This document shows positions 12,683-24,800 of a DNA stretch of 64,000 bases, piece by piece. This DNA is from Balanoglossus misakiensis (Eukaryota; Animalia; Hemichordata). The stretch covers positions 5,196,206 through 5,260,205 of the forward strand of contig CM082587.2 in the NCBI GenBank assembly GCA_040954595.2, read 5' to 3'. Positions within the stretch are counted from its first letter, which is position 1. Each line of letters starts with the position of its first letter. The position numbers and the translations under genes were made by a program. The notes under the pieces were generated by a model, which ran no database searches, was not told the DNA's origin, and saw nothing but the letters and a program-made list of their open reading frames with translations.

Positions 12683-15418
12683 GTGGTGATGAAGATCATG
12701 ATGGAACAGAGGAGGAGAATGGTGACTATGAACTCATCTGCCTCTCTTAACAGGGCAGTATTACTGCTACAGTATGTACTTAGATTTGAAGAATGTCCCT
12801 GGAGCTGATGCTTCCTTCCAGTTCACATTGAATCTGAAATCATATCTGGAACTCCGGGATACGTGGTTGGCATTTGGTGAGTGAATTTAAACCAACTGAT
12901 TGTTCAGCTGTTAGTAAATGTACTATGGTATACTATGTTCACCACAAATTGACATAGCAGTATATTTTTTCATTCGTAGCTTAACCATATATAGTAGGTA
13001 CTGGTTTTGAACAGAAGTTTGCATGGTACACCATACATGCATTCACACACACACACATGCACATACATGTAGAAAGACTTTTTCCATCACCTTCATGTTT
13101 ATCATGTCTTCAACTGTGTCTCTTCATTACACAGGTATCATACAGAGTGTGATAACTCTGATAATGCTGCTCATCCTCATTTTCCTGTGCAGTCGCATCC
13201 GGATAGCCATAGAGCTGATCAAGGAAGGAAGCAGGTATGGACATAGCAGCTGTACCATTCCGTTTTTAGTACGATTCCTTTGGGGTGTGGTACAGTAATC
13301 TTAAGTGGCCTACATAGCAACTGAGATTACCTTGCGAACTGTTACTGATGTCACATAGCATACATGTAACAATAGTGGAAATTTATTTATTTTTATTTCA
13401 CCTTTTGCCAGAGCTGTTTCCAATATGATGTTCACACTGTTGTGGCCGATCATCCCGTACATTTTGCAAGTCATCGTCATCGCTCTGTGGATCGTCATGG
13501 CCGTCTACCTGGCGACGTCGGGGCAGGCCAAGTACATGGTGACAAACGTGCCGAGCGATTACGAGGGAGGGAGGCTCGTCAACGGGTCCAACTGCAATCC
13601 GGATGTGAGTTTGTTTGTGACGTGTCTCCTCGAGTAATGCAGAAAATTGTGTTGTTTTATTTCAAACTGGGGGGGGGGGGGATAATTTGATAATTTTAGA
13701 GTCACTACTTTGTCTTTTGTCTCAAAATCCACATAACTGTCTTCTCATATTCTACCAACTTTCCAGACGTTTGACAGTGGCAACACCTCGGCCATGTGCC
13801 TCTTCATCGAGTACGGCGGTGATCCCAACCTCTTCCGGATGCAGATCTACATTCTGTTTGGTCTCTTCTGGTTGATGTGTTTTGTCGTGGCCCTGAACCA
13901 GATGGTGCTGGCCGGTGCCTTCGCCTCCTATTACTGGGCGTTCCACAAGCCCAAGGATATCCCGACATTCCCTGTAACTATGTCCCTTGGAAGAGCCCTC
14001 AGGTGAGACTCTTTTTAGACAACAGGTTTATTTTCGTTGATAAAGTAGCAGCTATTTTCACCGAGTTCCATTTAAAATATTAGTTTATCTTCACAGAGAT
14101 GTGGTTATATATACAGGCTACGACTGTTCAGATATTTCATAGTCTACATTTTTTGTTTCACAGATATCATCTTGGCTCTCTGGCGTTTGGTTCCTTCATC
14201 ATTGCCGTTGTCAAATTAATCCGAGTCTTTTTAGAATACGTAGAGAAGAAACTGAAAGGAGCAGAAAACCGATTTGCAAAGTTCTTGATCAAGTGCTTAA
14301 AGTGCTGCTTCTGGTGTCTGGAGAAATTCCTGAAGTTCATCAATAAGAACGCTTACATCATGGTGAGTGTTGGTCTTTGGCAGGATGCCACCCATTGGCC
14401 AACGTGCAGTGGTCTTGTAATCATGCCTTTGATTGGTCAATGCCTCACTTTTCATATGTAGGCTTACAGAGGCATTCCGAACATGGGAGTTTTTGACTTC
14501 TACAGTCATGATGTCAAAAAATGTCGATGAGACAATTTTTATCCAGCGTCCATGTCTCTTGTTTCCTTCTGCAGATCGCTGTTTATGGAAAGAGTTTCTG
14601 TCCTGCTGCCAAAAAGGCTTTCTTCTTGTTAATGAGAAACATCGTTAGGTAAGGGCTCGAGAAAATTAACTGAAAATCTCGTAAATTTTGAAATTACCAA
14701 ATGCCTATGTCTGTGACAGGTTTTACTGTACAGCTGTTTTCTTATTTAACTATGACTTGCTTGTTTCAGAGTTGTTGTCCTGGATAAAATAACAGATTTC
14801 CTGCTGTTCATTGGCAAGTTCTGTATCGTGCTTGGCGTGGGAGTCGGGTCGTTCTATTTCTTCTCCGGACGGATTGACTGGTTTAACGATCTGCTGACCC
14901 TGCCCAGTCTGAACTACTATTGGATTCCAATCCTTGTGAGTTGATTATGTCTGTCTGTCTGTCTGTCTGTCTGTCTGAGTCTGTCTGTGCACTTAGTTTC
15001 ACACATTGTGTCTGGACTTAAACATTTTGAACCTGGATTTTAAAATATTAACACATACTTTTTTTTACATTTGTGCAGATTATCATCATAGGAACCTATT
15101 TCATTGCGACCTGTTTCTTCAGTGTCTATGGCATGGCAGTGGACACACTCTTTTTGTGTTTCTGTAAGTATGAAACATCATTCTAATAGAACCTACCGGT
15201 AGTATGTCAAATAAAAAGTTTTACAGCCCATTTAAAGGGCAACGATCATCTATCATTGTCTATTTTGCGTGGGAGGGTATGTATGCTGACGCATCTGTTC
15301 TGATTTGGCAGTGGAAGACTTGGAACGCCACGACGGCTCAGCTGAAAAGCCGTACTACATGCACAAAGGTCTCAAGAAGATCCTGGGAAAGAAGAACAAA
15401 AAACCTGAAGCCGAGTGA
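3893..15418 (+). CDS. Choline transporter-like protein (SLC44A2/4/5 clade), 19 coding exons, ~773 aa
   Basis: Exons 3893-3992, 10285-10333 (GEPLKYDPSFHGPLTNR), 10518-10591 (GCTDILCC), 10761-10842 (GDPNKLIYPTDTRGRICG), 10963-11047 (CPTPQ), 11210-11458, 11636-11696, 11828-11969, 12295-12378, 12487-12599, 12754-12876, 13135-13234, 13412-13604, 13767-14002 (LAGAFASYYWA), 14164-14362 (YHLGSLAFGS...CCFWCLEKFLKFINKNAYIM), 14575-14648, 14770-14935, 15079-15163 (MAVDTLFLCF), 15312-15418 (LEDLERHDGSAEKPYYM...stop). Total 2322 nt, in frame. Confidence 0.95.
4635..4743. mobile_element. Fold-back MITE, possibly EnSpm/CACTA-like
   Basis: Imperfect ~27-bp terminal inverted repeats (CAGTGCAGCTGTGGAAAC vs reverse-complemented CACTGTAGCCGTGGAAAC). 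Internal GGGGGGTATG/CATACCCCCC pairing, and CA dinucleotide on both flanks. Confidence 0.5.
7599..7700. mobile_element. Tc1/mariner (pogo/Tigger-like) MITE
   Basis: TA|CAGGGAAACCTGTC...GACAGGTTTCACTG|TA: 14-bp TIR with TA duplication. A related 3' end lies at ~56145-56165. Confidence 0.7.
8645..8677 (+). CDS. Candidate alternative 33-nt micro-exon of the SLC44A gene (GALEMDEDKKYG, or alternative start MDEDKKYG)
   Basis: Pyrimidine tract plus AG at 8643-44 and donor TATG|GTAATT. Phase is 1-1, and it ends in the same KY-G junction as exon 1. Confidence 0.6.
12630..12681 (+). repeat. (GAT)n microsatellite in SLC44A intron
   Basis: About 17 perfect GAT units downstream of the donor at 12599. 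Confidence 0.95.
14949..14987 (+). repeat. (GTCT)n microsatellite
   Basis: Tandem GTCT units in an SLC44A intron. Confidence 0.9.
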
Positions 15419-18400
15419 TGATGTCATTGGAACAAATATAATTGGAGGAAAGAAGTGAAATACAGCAAGAGCAGCATAGTTGTGGTGAAATTAATTTTGA
15501 AACAGTTTTGGTTAATTCTTTTTAAGGAAAATTCGGTTAGCTGCACTGAAAAGTTGTGGTCAAATGTTGTATGTCATATTTTAAACCAAGATTTTCACAG
15601 ATTGTTGATTTTTTTATGTTGATGATTTTGCAGGAAATTTTGCTTTAGACAAAAAAGGCTGTATTGTTAAAATATTATATTTCTTTTTCTGGCTAATTTT
15701 ATCCTTGTGTACATTCATATCTTATGTTAGTTTCCCTTCTCCTGTATTGTAGTCCCAAGATTGCCATTTACCAAACTTTTATTAGAGGCTGGATTTCGTC
15801 ATATATTTAGATTGCTTGGACAGCATTCTCGATGAAATGAATAATTATTGTACAATATTTCAATATACTAGTATGTATCTCAATTCTGGAATGTATGCAG
15901 TGACAGATATCCTTATGGTGCAAAATCTTTTAGGAAATGCTGGTCTATTGACTCGGTCAAGCGCATGTTACATGAAAGATCCCGATTGGCTGAGAAGGGA
16001 AATTTTGTTCTTCATCAGCCAATCCATGCAGAGTTGCCATATTCACTCCATTATAAGGCAACTTTCAACAGTCAAAGAACAAAGCATGGTGTATACTACG
16101 TACTGTGGTTCTATGCTGGAATCTGATAAATTATTTCCATGAAACCCAGGTGCAATTTTAACCATCCTTTGGCATGAAATTTTTGGTAAGAAACATTTCC
16201 ATGTGAGACAACTGTAAGTTAGAAAACTATTTTTTGTATATTTGGGAAATAATTGTAATTTTCTGATAATATCTGAACAAAGTGAACTTGTAGATAGTGT
16301 GAGAATCGCTAGTGTTAGTACTTAGAAATCAACCCCTGATTTATGTACAGGAAAATTGCCGATCATGAAATGTGCCATAATGTAGGGAAATTTCGTGGTG
16401 ATTTTATCGATTCAAACAGTCATAAAGGTTGTACAGAGAATGACTCTTTCTATAAATCTTATTATTCACATGCAGATTGAATTTGTGGGCAAGCCCAGTT
16501 TAATTGTCAAATATTCATCTGCTTCGCTGATCAGGTCGGTCAGGTCTGGCTGAAAACAGGCAATATTTGCTATTTAACTAAAGTACATTTCCCCTCCAGA
16601 GTTTGCTCATACAAACACCTGCATCTGATCGGATACACAGGGCTTGCGCTCAATCTAATCAAGCCCAGTTCTCATCTGAGAAGATTCTGTAATACTGAAG
16701 CAAATTTCCAATATTTGTATCAATGGTAGAGATATAGACTTTGATTAGATGTAAAACAATTTACAATCTTTCAGGTAAATTCCTCTTCTCTAAACATATC
16801 ACTTCGGAAAGTTTTTTCATTCCTGTGACTAATATTTACTTCCTCAGAAAACTGTTTTGAGTTTTGATCTTTCTATCTGCTGAACGTCAATGATGGGAGG
16901 CTGTTTGTTTTTACTGGTAACATATTTTAAGATTTGTCAGGTCTTTCCTTATATTTTAGTCTATTAAACTGTTTTCTGTAACTTTTTCTCTTACTTCATG
17001 GTTTACCCGAACACTTGTAAACTTTATGGAATTGTTTTGAATTGGATATTTTTAGTAGGGACAATGGCAATTTAATTAGGTCACATATGGTGGCATTTGT
17101 ACATTTTACATTGTCAGAATTTTTTTCAGTGTAATATGTTCTTGTGATTTGACAGTCAAATGTGAATGTTTTCAGCCTGGGCTGCCCACTTGCTCATAGT
17201 CCGGTTCTTGTGGTTCGTTCTTCAACTGAGCTCAGTCACGAAGCACAGCCCAGCCAAGTGGTGCAAGTTGAAAGAAACCTCATATGGTGTCGCTGAGGGC
17301 GCTTTGAACAAGCTGCATCTGGGACAGTCTAGTCATGGGCTGCAACATTCATTGTCTGATTCGGTGACAAGTTTGTAATAGAACTGCGTGTCTTCACGAG
17401 AACACCATATAAATATATAACTGGTGTTTAACAGTATTGTAACTTTAAATATTGATCATTTCTCTATAGTTAAGCTCTCTGAATTCCTGAATGAAATAAC
17501 GGTTATCAGTGTATTGAACTCCGAATGGTCTCGACTCTGTAGATCTAGATGTATTCAACAGGTAAAATTACATTGATTTGTATAATTATAGATATTGAAG
17601 CTCGAAAATGAGTAGGAATCATGATGAAAATTAAAGGGTGCAGCCATTGAAACTTTTTCATGTAAAACACCAGTTTTATCTGGATTGGAACTCGCCACTG
17701 GTGTGTTGGTTCTCTTTTGAGCGGTCTGTCATTAACCTGGTACATGTACTTTGTTTTCACTTCTAATCATGGCTTCATGCATGGTGAAAGTTGATAGCCT
17801 TCATGGGGTGAAAATGTGAACAAAATTTGGACACGTCAATCAAGTGTCACGTGACGCCCTGAATATCCTCCTACCTTAGCAGTATTATTGGGTCTATCCC
17901 ATAATATGTACGAACGGGTTGAAGCACAGATAAAGCAATAAAGGTTGATGCGGTAGTTGGTTGGCAAGGTCAAAGTTTCTTAAAAGATGTAATATATCAA
18001 AATGTCTAAGATTTACCTGTTACATAACATAATTGTCCACCATTTTATCTATCTTTTCTACATGTCAACTTTGGTATATTTTTCAATAAAGTCATATTCA
18101 GAAACGTTGATATGTGTGTCTGTCTGTCTTTTTAGGGGAAAAAGGTATGTAAAAAATCAATAAATTCTTTTAAATTTGAAAATAGTTGCATCACATTGCA
18201 TTGGCAGTTATTGTCATGATTATCGTCATCATGACTACACTGATTCGGTCAAAATAACTACATTTAGTATGTAAACAAACATTCCCAGTACAAAAGCTAC
18301 AGAATAAGCCTACACAAATCATCTGCATCTGCTTATGCATGTGTAGTGTCCTATCGGCTAGGCCCAGCGTATCACTGGCCCATGAAATTATTGTCGAAAT

Positions 18401-18810
18401 TTCTCGGTTTCTGGCCCTAACATTTGCTATTCTACCAGCACATTTATCAAGTATATTTTTCAACGTGTTTTACAGTAAAAGTATGCAAACAAACATACGG
18501 CGTTCAGTGGGGACAGTAGTATATCCATTCGTAAATATTACGGTCTGGCCTTGTTTGAACACTACCCGACTTCACATGGTTGCGCGTACACAATAGGCAC
18601 CTTTGCTAGTATAATGTATGCGCTATTTGGTTACAGTATCTGACGTGGTCTCATTGCAAAGGGCCACCATGTTTACGACCAGCTGACGCGTGTATTTTTT
18701 TTTCACGGATTATCATGTTGGAAGTAAATCTTTACTCTTGGTCCGGGGAGCATCATTCAGTAGTTGCAAGCGGTGGTTGACGCAGATCTGTCACTGAAGG
18801 CCTTATAATT

Positions 18811-21800
18811 ATGACGATTCGATGCTGCGTGATGTTGGCCGCGGCGGTTTGCGCTTTTGCTATGTTTGGGGTTTTGACGGTCCAGGGGGCAGAAGATCCT
18901 GCCGTTGCTCCGGTAAGGCATTTTTTGTCAGTTTATTTCAAATGGAAGCCGATATATCGTAGAGTGAAACTTTAGATAATTTATGTTCCACTATACAACG
19001 TACGTGATAAAACGTCCCGTGGTTTCTTGGGCGCGGCTGGGCTAGGTGCGCCTTGTTCTACTCTGCCACACACCAAGTCATGACGTTACGCTATTGCACT
19101 CAACAGAATAGGACGGCTTGTTCCTGCAAGACTCGAGAGAGAAGGTCAACAGCAATTCGACTGTAACACTCTCAATTAACATGGCTAAAGGTTCGCACAG
19201 TTCAACCAGAGACTCGGCCAGCGAGTTTACGCATGTGCGAGTCACTTCCACATGACAGGACCGGTAGGTCCGTGAAAACAGGTGGTTTTGATATTCGGGG
19301 CTTCCAGCAATCAAAAGAATTGCAGTGCATATGTTTATGGGGAGAGAATATAGTATAGTAAATTCATTATACATGTACATTCCTTCTCCTTTCTTCGTAA
19401 TTAAATCATCCACGCGCCAATGGTAAAACTTCGAGTATGCATGTCAGCATGAGTATCGAATTTTGGTGCCCCGGCCCTTTTTGTCTTGTTGGTTTTTCTT
19501 TGTGTACCAGTGGATCGCTGCATACAGGGAACAGAATAAGTGCATATTGACATAACACCATTGATGGTGATTTACGCATTGTGTATGTTCAGGACTCCGG
19601 CCTCCTTTACTTTTTAGCAGCGAGCACTTAGCGTACACTGCGTTTCGGAAAACCACGATTGGCCCGTCATCCACAACAGCCAGCTAGCACTCTAACCGCC
19701 CCAACTGACAAGTACAGTAAACAGCGCAGGCAGGCAAGCAGTCACACAAACATACATTGGGAAAGACAGATAGAAACTTTGAATAAACCAAGGACAAATT
19801 TTTGATTATATGCCTACTATCGGGGTTTTCGTGACTGACGACTTTGTTAAATTCATGGTCGCCGCGTTCCATCCCAGACAGTTTTTCCGAGGGAACATAA
19901 TTCGTAAACAGCTGTTATCGTCTTTTAATATACAGTTCCACCATACCTTATCAAGCCGAGCCCTGAAGTTTTATTTCGGAGTAGAAGACCACAGCAAAGG
20001 TATAAGATATACGTATTTCATATTACGGAGTCATGGAAATAAACAATTGCAATTACAAAATTTCGTATTTTTTTCTCTATATCGCAAAGTGCAAGAGATT
20101 AATCACATGTTAAATTTTGGCTTTCGAACAGTCCCGACCTACACTTTCGGACAGCCACTGAGACGTACAAAGACAACCCGAGATGTGACGTCGTCATCTC
20201 TCCAATATCAGCTGGACGTGCTCGGGGAAGAGTTCCTATTGGAGTTGGAGGCGAACGACCGGCTGCTGAGCCCGGGGTTTCACATCCAGTACGTGGCCGG
20301 CAACGGTTCGTCGTGGCTGGCGGCGCTCCCCGAGTCGCCCTGCTACTTCGGTAGCTCGGCCAATCACAATGATTCAAGGGCTTACATCGGGATTATGGGG
20401 GAACAGCTGGTAAGCATTTGATTTCTATAATCGCGTGGTTTTTATAACCGACAATTTTGGGTGTCTGAGTCACCGTTTCGTGTTTTCTGTATTTGCACAA
20501 TACCGTTTTGAAATGACGTCAGCACCAGCGATGATCATGACAAGATCCGTCCAGCGACTTGCGTAATTCATTTTTCTGTATTTGTGTGACCCCCATTTGA
20601 TGGCATATTTTTCGTTATCATGTCAAATTCCACGTTTAAATAATAACATGCAAATGTGACAGATCAAATCATTGCTCTAAATTATTTCAGACTGGATTTA
20701 TCCAGTACGACAACGTAACACTAGTGATAATACCGGTTCTGGAGGACGACTACGATGACGTCAACGAGATATCTGACCAGCAATACGCCAACCCCCATCT
20801 TATATATACCATCGTCAGCGACTCTGTTCAAAGTAAGATGTTTTATTGCGCATACTATCCATCGAAATCGAAATGACGTAATTTGACGCATCATAGTTAT
20901 TTCAGACAGCGAATAAAAAAAAACAGAATATTAATTTTGTGGCGAACATTTAAAGCAGAAATCTCAGAGGGCAACAGATGTTGGCATGACTCATGGGAAC
21001 AAGTCACAGCTGGACCCGTTTGCAAATCACAGTTTCATTCGCCAGTGGTTAGATTGTGGACATACAGGCTTATTTGTAAGCAGTGTGAAAAGTCCATACC
21101 CACAGCAAATCAACGATTTCGGGCACGAAAAAAAAATCTTTCTCGGAAACTTGGTGGAAATAAAACGGACACAAAGAGTCTGGGATGCACAATATGAAGT
21201 GTGCAAATTAGTAAAAATGTCCGGCCATGAATGATGTTTAATAGTAAAAGTTATTATTATTATTTATAAAGAAATATCACGTGTTATGAAATATGATTTG
21301 AATTAGGGAAGGCCGTCAGCTGGTCAAACTTATCATGTTTTAATAACACGATAATCATCTCGCGGGCCACAGTATATTTCCATATTGTTAAACAGCAAAA
21401 TAAACAACCAAAAAAAGTGAGAAAAAATACTTGATATAATTATCCCTACACAGATCGGGTGCAGGACAATCTCAGACTGAAGAGAAACTCCTACGAGCCG
21501 AACTATCTGGAGTTAGCCGTCTTGGCCGATTCCAGTATGTATTCCCACCACGGAGAAGATACGAGAGAGTACATACTCATGATGCTAAACGGGGTAAGTT
21601 TAACAGGTGGTCGCTTTCGATCCTCGCCGATGACGATCGAGTTCTCCTCCCTACATGGACGTACATGTATATATCTATTTGATTGTTAGACACTCAAAAT
21701 GACTCCCGGTATATAATGGACGTTTTGGCACCCTCCCCCACACACATACACAGTAATGCAGTAAAGATGTAGATAATGTTCAGAAAATGCCGTGACCTTT

Positions 21801-24800
21801 GATTTTGTACATGAAAATTATTTTTCTCTCGGCTTAAGGTGGCTGGGTTATACGCGGATCCCTCCATTGGTGTCGATATCTCAATTGTCGTGTCCAAGAT
21901 TACAATACTGACTGAATCCGATGTAAGTATCACATCATTATCTATACATCGCCACATTCTGTATTTTTAATTTTTTTGTCTGTCTGACGTTTTGATTTCA
22001 ATTTATATTTAATAATTTATTTACTTTAAGGGCGTTTATACTTTTTTTCTGTTTCTGTTAGTTCGCTATAGACGTTATTGCGTTATTGCCTCCTATATAC
22101 TCTGACGCATGACCTGTTTGAAAACATAATCCTATAAGCTATCTATTAAATTTCAAAATTATGAACCCTTTGTTGTTCATGTCACTAAATGCACACATGC
22201 AAAATGTTTGTTCGGGGGATTAAAATCTGAATATCCGCGTTTTTCTTAAATTGTTATTATTGTTTCGTTTCTGTATGTAGCCCGATTTGTACGTTGATTC
22301 CAACTCGGACGAAGCTTTGAAGAATTTCGCCAACTGGATGAAACCCAAATATGTCGAAGATGACACGAGCCCGATGCATTTTGACGCTGCAGCCTTGATC
22401 ACGAGGTAAATGCTAATAGAAAACAGATCTAATAATAATAATAAAAAAACATAATCCTACCTACAAGCTGACGCTATTCTGTAAAATAACTGACCTTTTT
22501 ATTATGTTTTCTGATCAAATACCCAATCCTAAAGTCTAATATAGCAATAGCCGTACAATGAATCATTCAAATATACATTTAGATTTATGATTAAAATCAT
22601 CACTACGTGATATACCAGTCCGCGCCGGAAAGCATTAAATCTGACGGGTGCTCTCAGTTGATTTTTGACGATGTCACTATCGCGCCATTTCTTGGAAATT
22701 TCAGGGTTGATTTCTACAGCAGTGAAGACCACAACTATGAAAACACCGGCCTGGGCTACAAGTGGGGAGCCTGTGACCCCGAGTTCATGTATTCCGTCAA
22801 TGAGGATCATGGTCCCATGGCTTTGGTGCTCACCTTGGCACATGAACTTGGACACAAGTGAGTAAAAACGCACACGTACAGCTTGGTGGAAAGAAAGGTC
22901 GGCTGGCTGGAAGTTTTTGTTTGGATAATTATGCCAGTACGTGTAATTAAAATACGCGTCCGTCGTCGCAAACCACGACCTCTTTACGGCAGCAGTTCCA
23001 GGTAGTGTGGTTTTAAAATGTGATTGGATTCTCTCCTAATATATACATGCAGTACGTCGCACGATTAAAATTAAGATGTTAAGTTGCGTCATCTATTTCA
23101 GTCTTTTTTTTCTCGTTGCTTTGCTTCTCAGCTTGGGGATGAGGCATGACGGCAACCAGAATGAATGCACAGACAGCACGTACATAATGACCGGTTATCC
23201 AGTTGGCGGTTCCAATGCGGTCAAGTGGTCGAACTGCAGCAAGGCCTCCATCATTGATTTCCTGAAGTAAGTCGATCGGGACGCAATACTAAGGGACTGA
23301 TCAGTTTCTTCGGCCGGGGGGGGGGCGGATTCTATTTTGTGGATATCAAAGAGTGACTGACCACTCTTTTATTGAACATGGAAAAGTGGGTGAACCAGGG
23401 TGACCAACCCCACGAATCCACCCCAGGCCGAAGAAACTGACCAGTCCCTAAAATCGTTCATCTATGTTGCAAGTATCATTAATTTTTTGATGACTGTGAC
23501 GATGATTTTCTTCTCGCAGTTCTGACCAGTCCTCGTGTCTGGGCGATTACCCGACGTCGCCGGAAGTCTTGCTCCTGGAACCAAACAATCCACCGCCTGG
23601 TTTGATATACGGCAGCGACGAGCAATGCCAAATGATCTACGGTTACGATGCAGAAGATTGCCTGGAGATTACTGGGCAGGTTAGTTATTCATCATTATTA
23701 TCGTCATTTTCTTGAAATTTTCACAAAAGATGCCAAAAGAGAACTATGTCATCTTGCTTGAGTTCTTGATAGAGCTATTCTGATATTCCACTATAGGAAA
23801 ACTTTAGCATCAGGAGTGCGAATTAAAACAATAACGTTATCTTTGCGGTCTCTGTTTGCGTTCAGGAAAAGTGCGAGGAACTGAAGTGCTTTGACGCGTC
23901 GAAGAGCTCATACTGCATGGGAGACTCCAGGCCTCCATTGGATGGAACTTCGTGTGGATATGGGTTGGTAAGTCAGTAGGAGTGTGTTCAATCATCTGTA
24001 GCCTATATGGGGTTTTCTGTAATGTGGTCTTCTGTCTGTACTGCCCCCGGGACGAAGAAACTGACCAGTCATGCCATACCATGGCATATGCATTAAAGGA
24101 TAGCGTTTATCCACATGGCATTTCAAGTACATGTAAACGTATTAAAAGTACTACCTAAAGCATGATGTTAACACAAGTCGATGCCAGTTTGGTGAAAACA
24201 CGGTCTCAATAATGTGTCTCTTCGTTGCAGTGGTGCATGGGTGGACTCTGCGTGGACAAACCCGAACTGGAGGAGGGCGAGGAAGGCTTCGAGCCGGACG
24301 AGGATGAGGAGGAATTCCTCGACGAGAGCGACAGCTGGGCGGACTCGGATGACAACGTGTTCGGGGGTTTCCTGGACGACTGGGACGAGGACGAGTGGGA
24401 TGAAGGCGACGACGGGTACTGGGATGACGACATTACGGAGCAGTACGGGGACGAAGCCAGTCCCGAAACAGACGTTTATGGAAACCCCGTGAATGGCGGG
24501 GAAGACCAGTACGGAAACCCAATCGACCAAAACACAGACCAGTACGGGAATCCAATCGGCCAAAACATAGACCAGTACGGGAACCCGATATACCCGGCAG
24601 AGGACCAGTACGGGAACCCCGCTAATGAGCAAACCGACGCGTACGGAAACCCGATTAATCAAGAACAACAGGTGGACCAATACGGAAATCCGATCAGCCA
24701 AGAACAGGTGGACCAATACGGAAATCCAATCAGCCAAGAAACGGATATCTACGGAAATCCCATCGCGCCCGGGCAGGACCAGAGTGAAAACCCGGCTGCC

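Noticed and set aside
12416-12808. ORF with a poly-Met run
   Set aside because: Read-through of SLC44A exon 10 into an intronic (GAT)n microsatellite past the donor at 12599.
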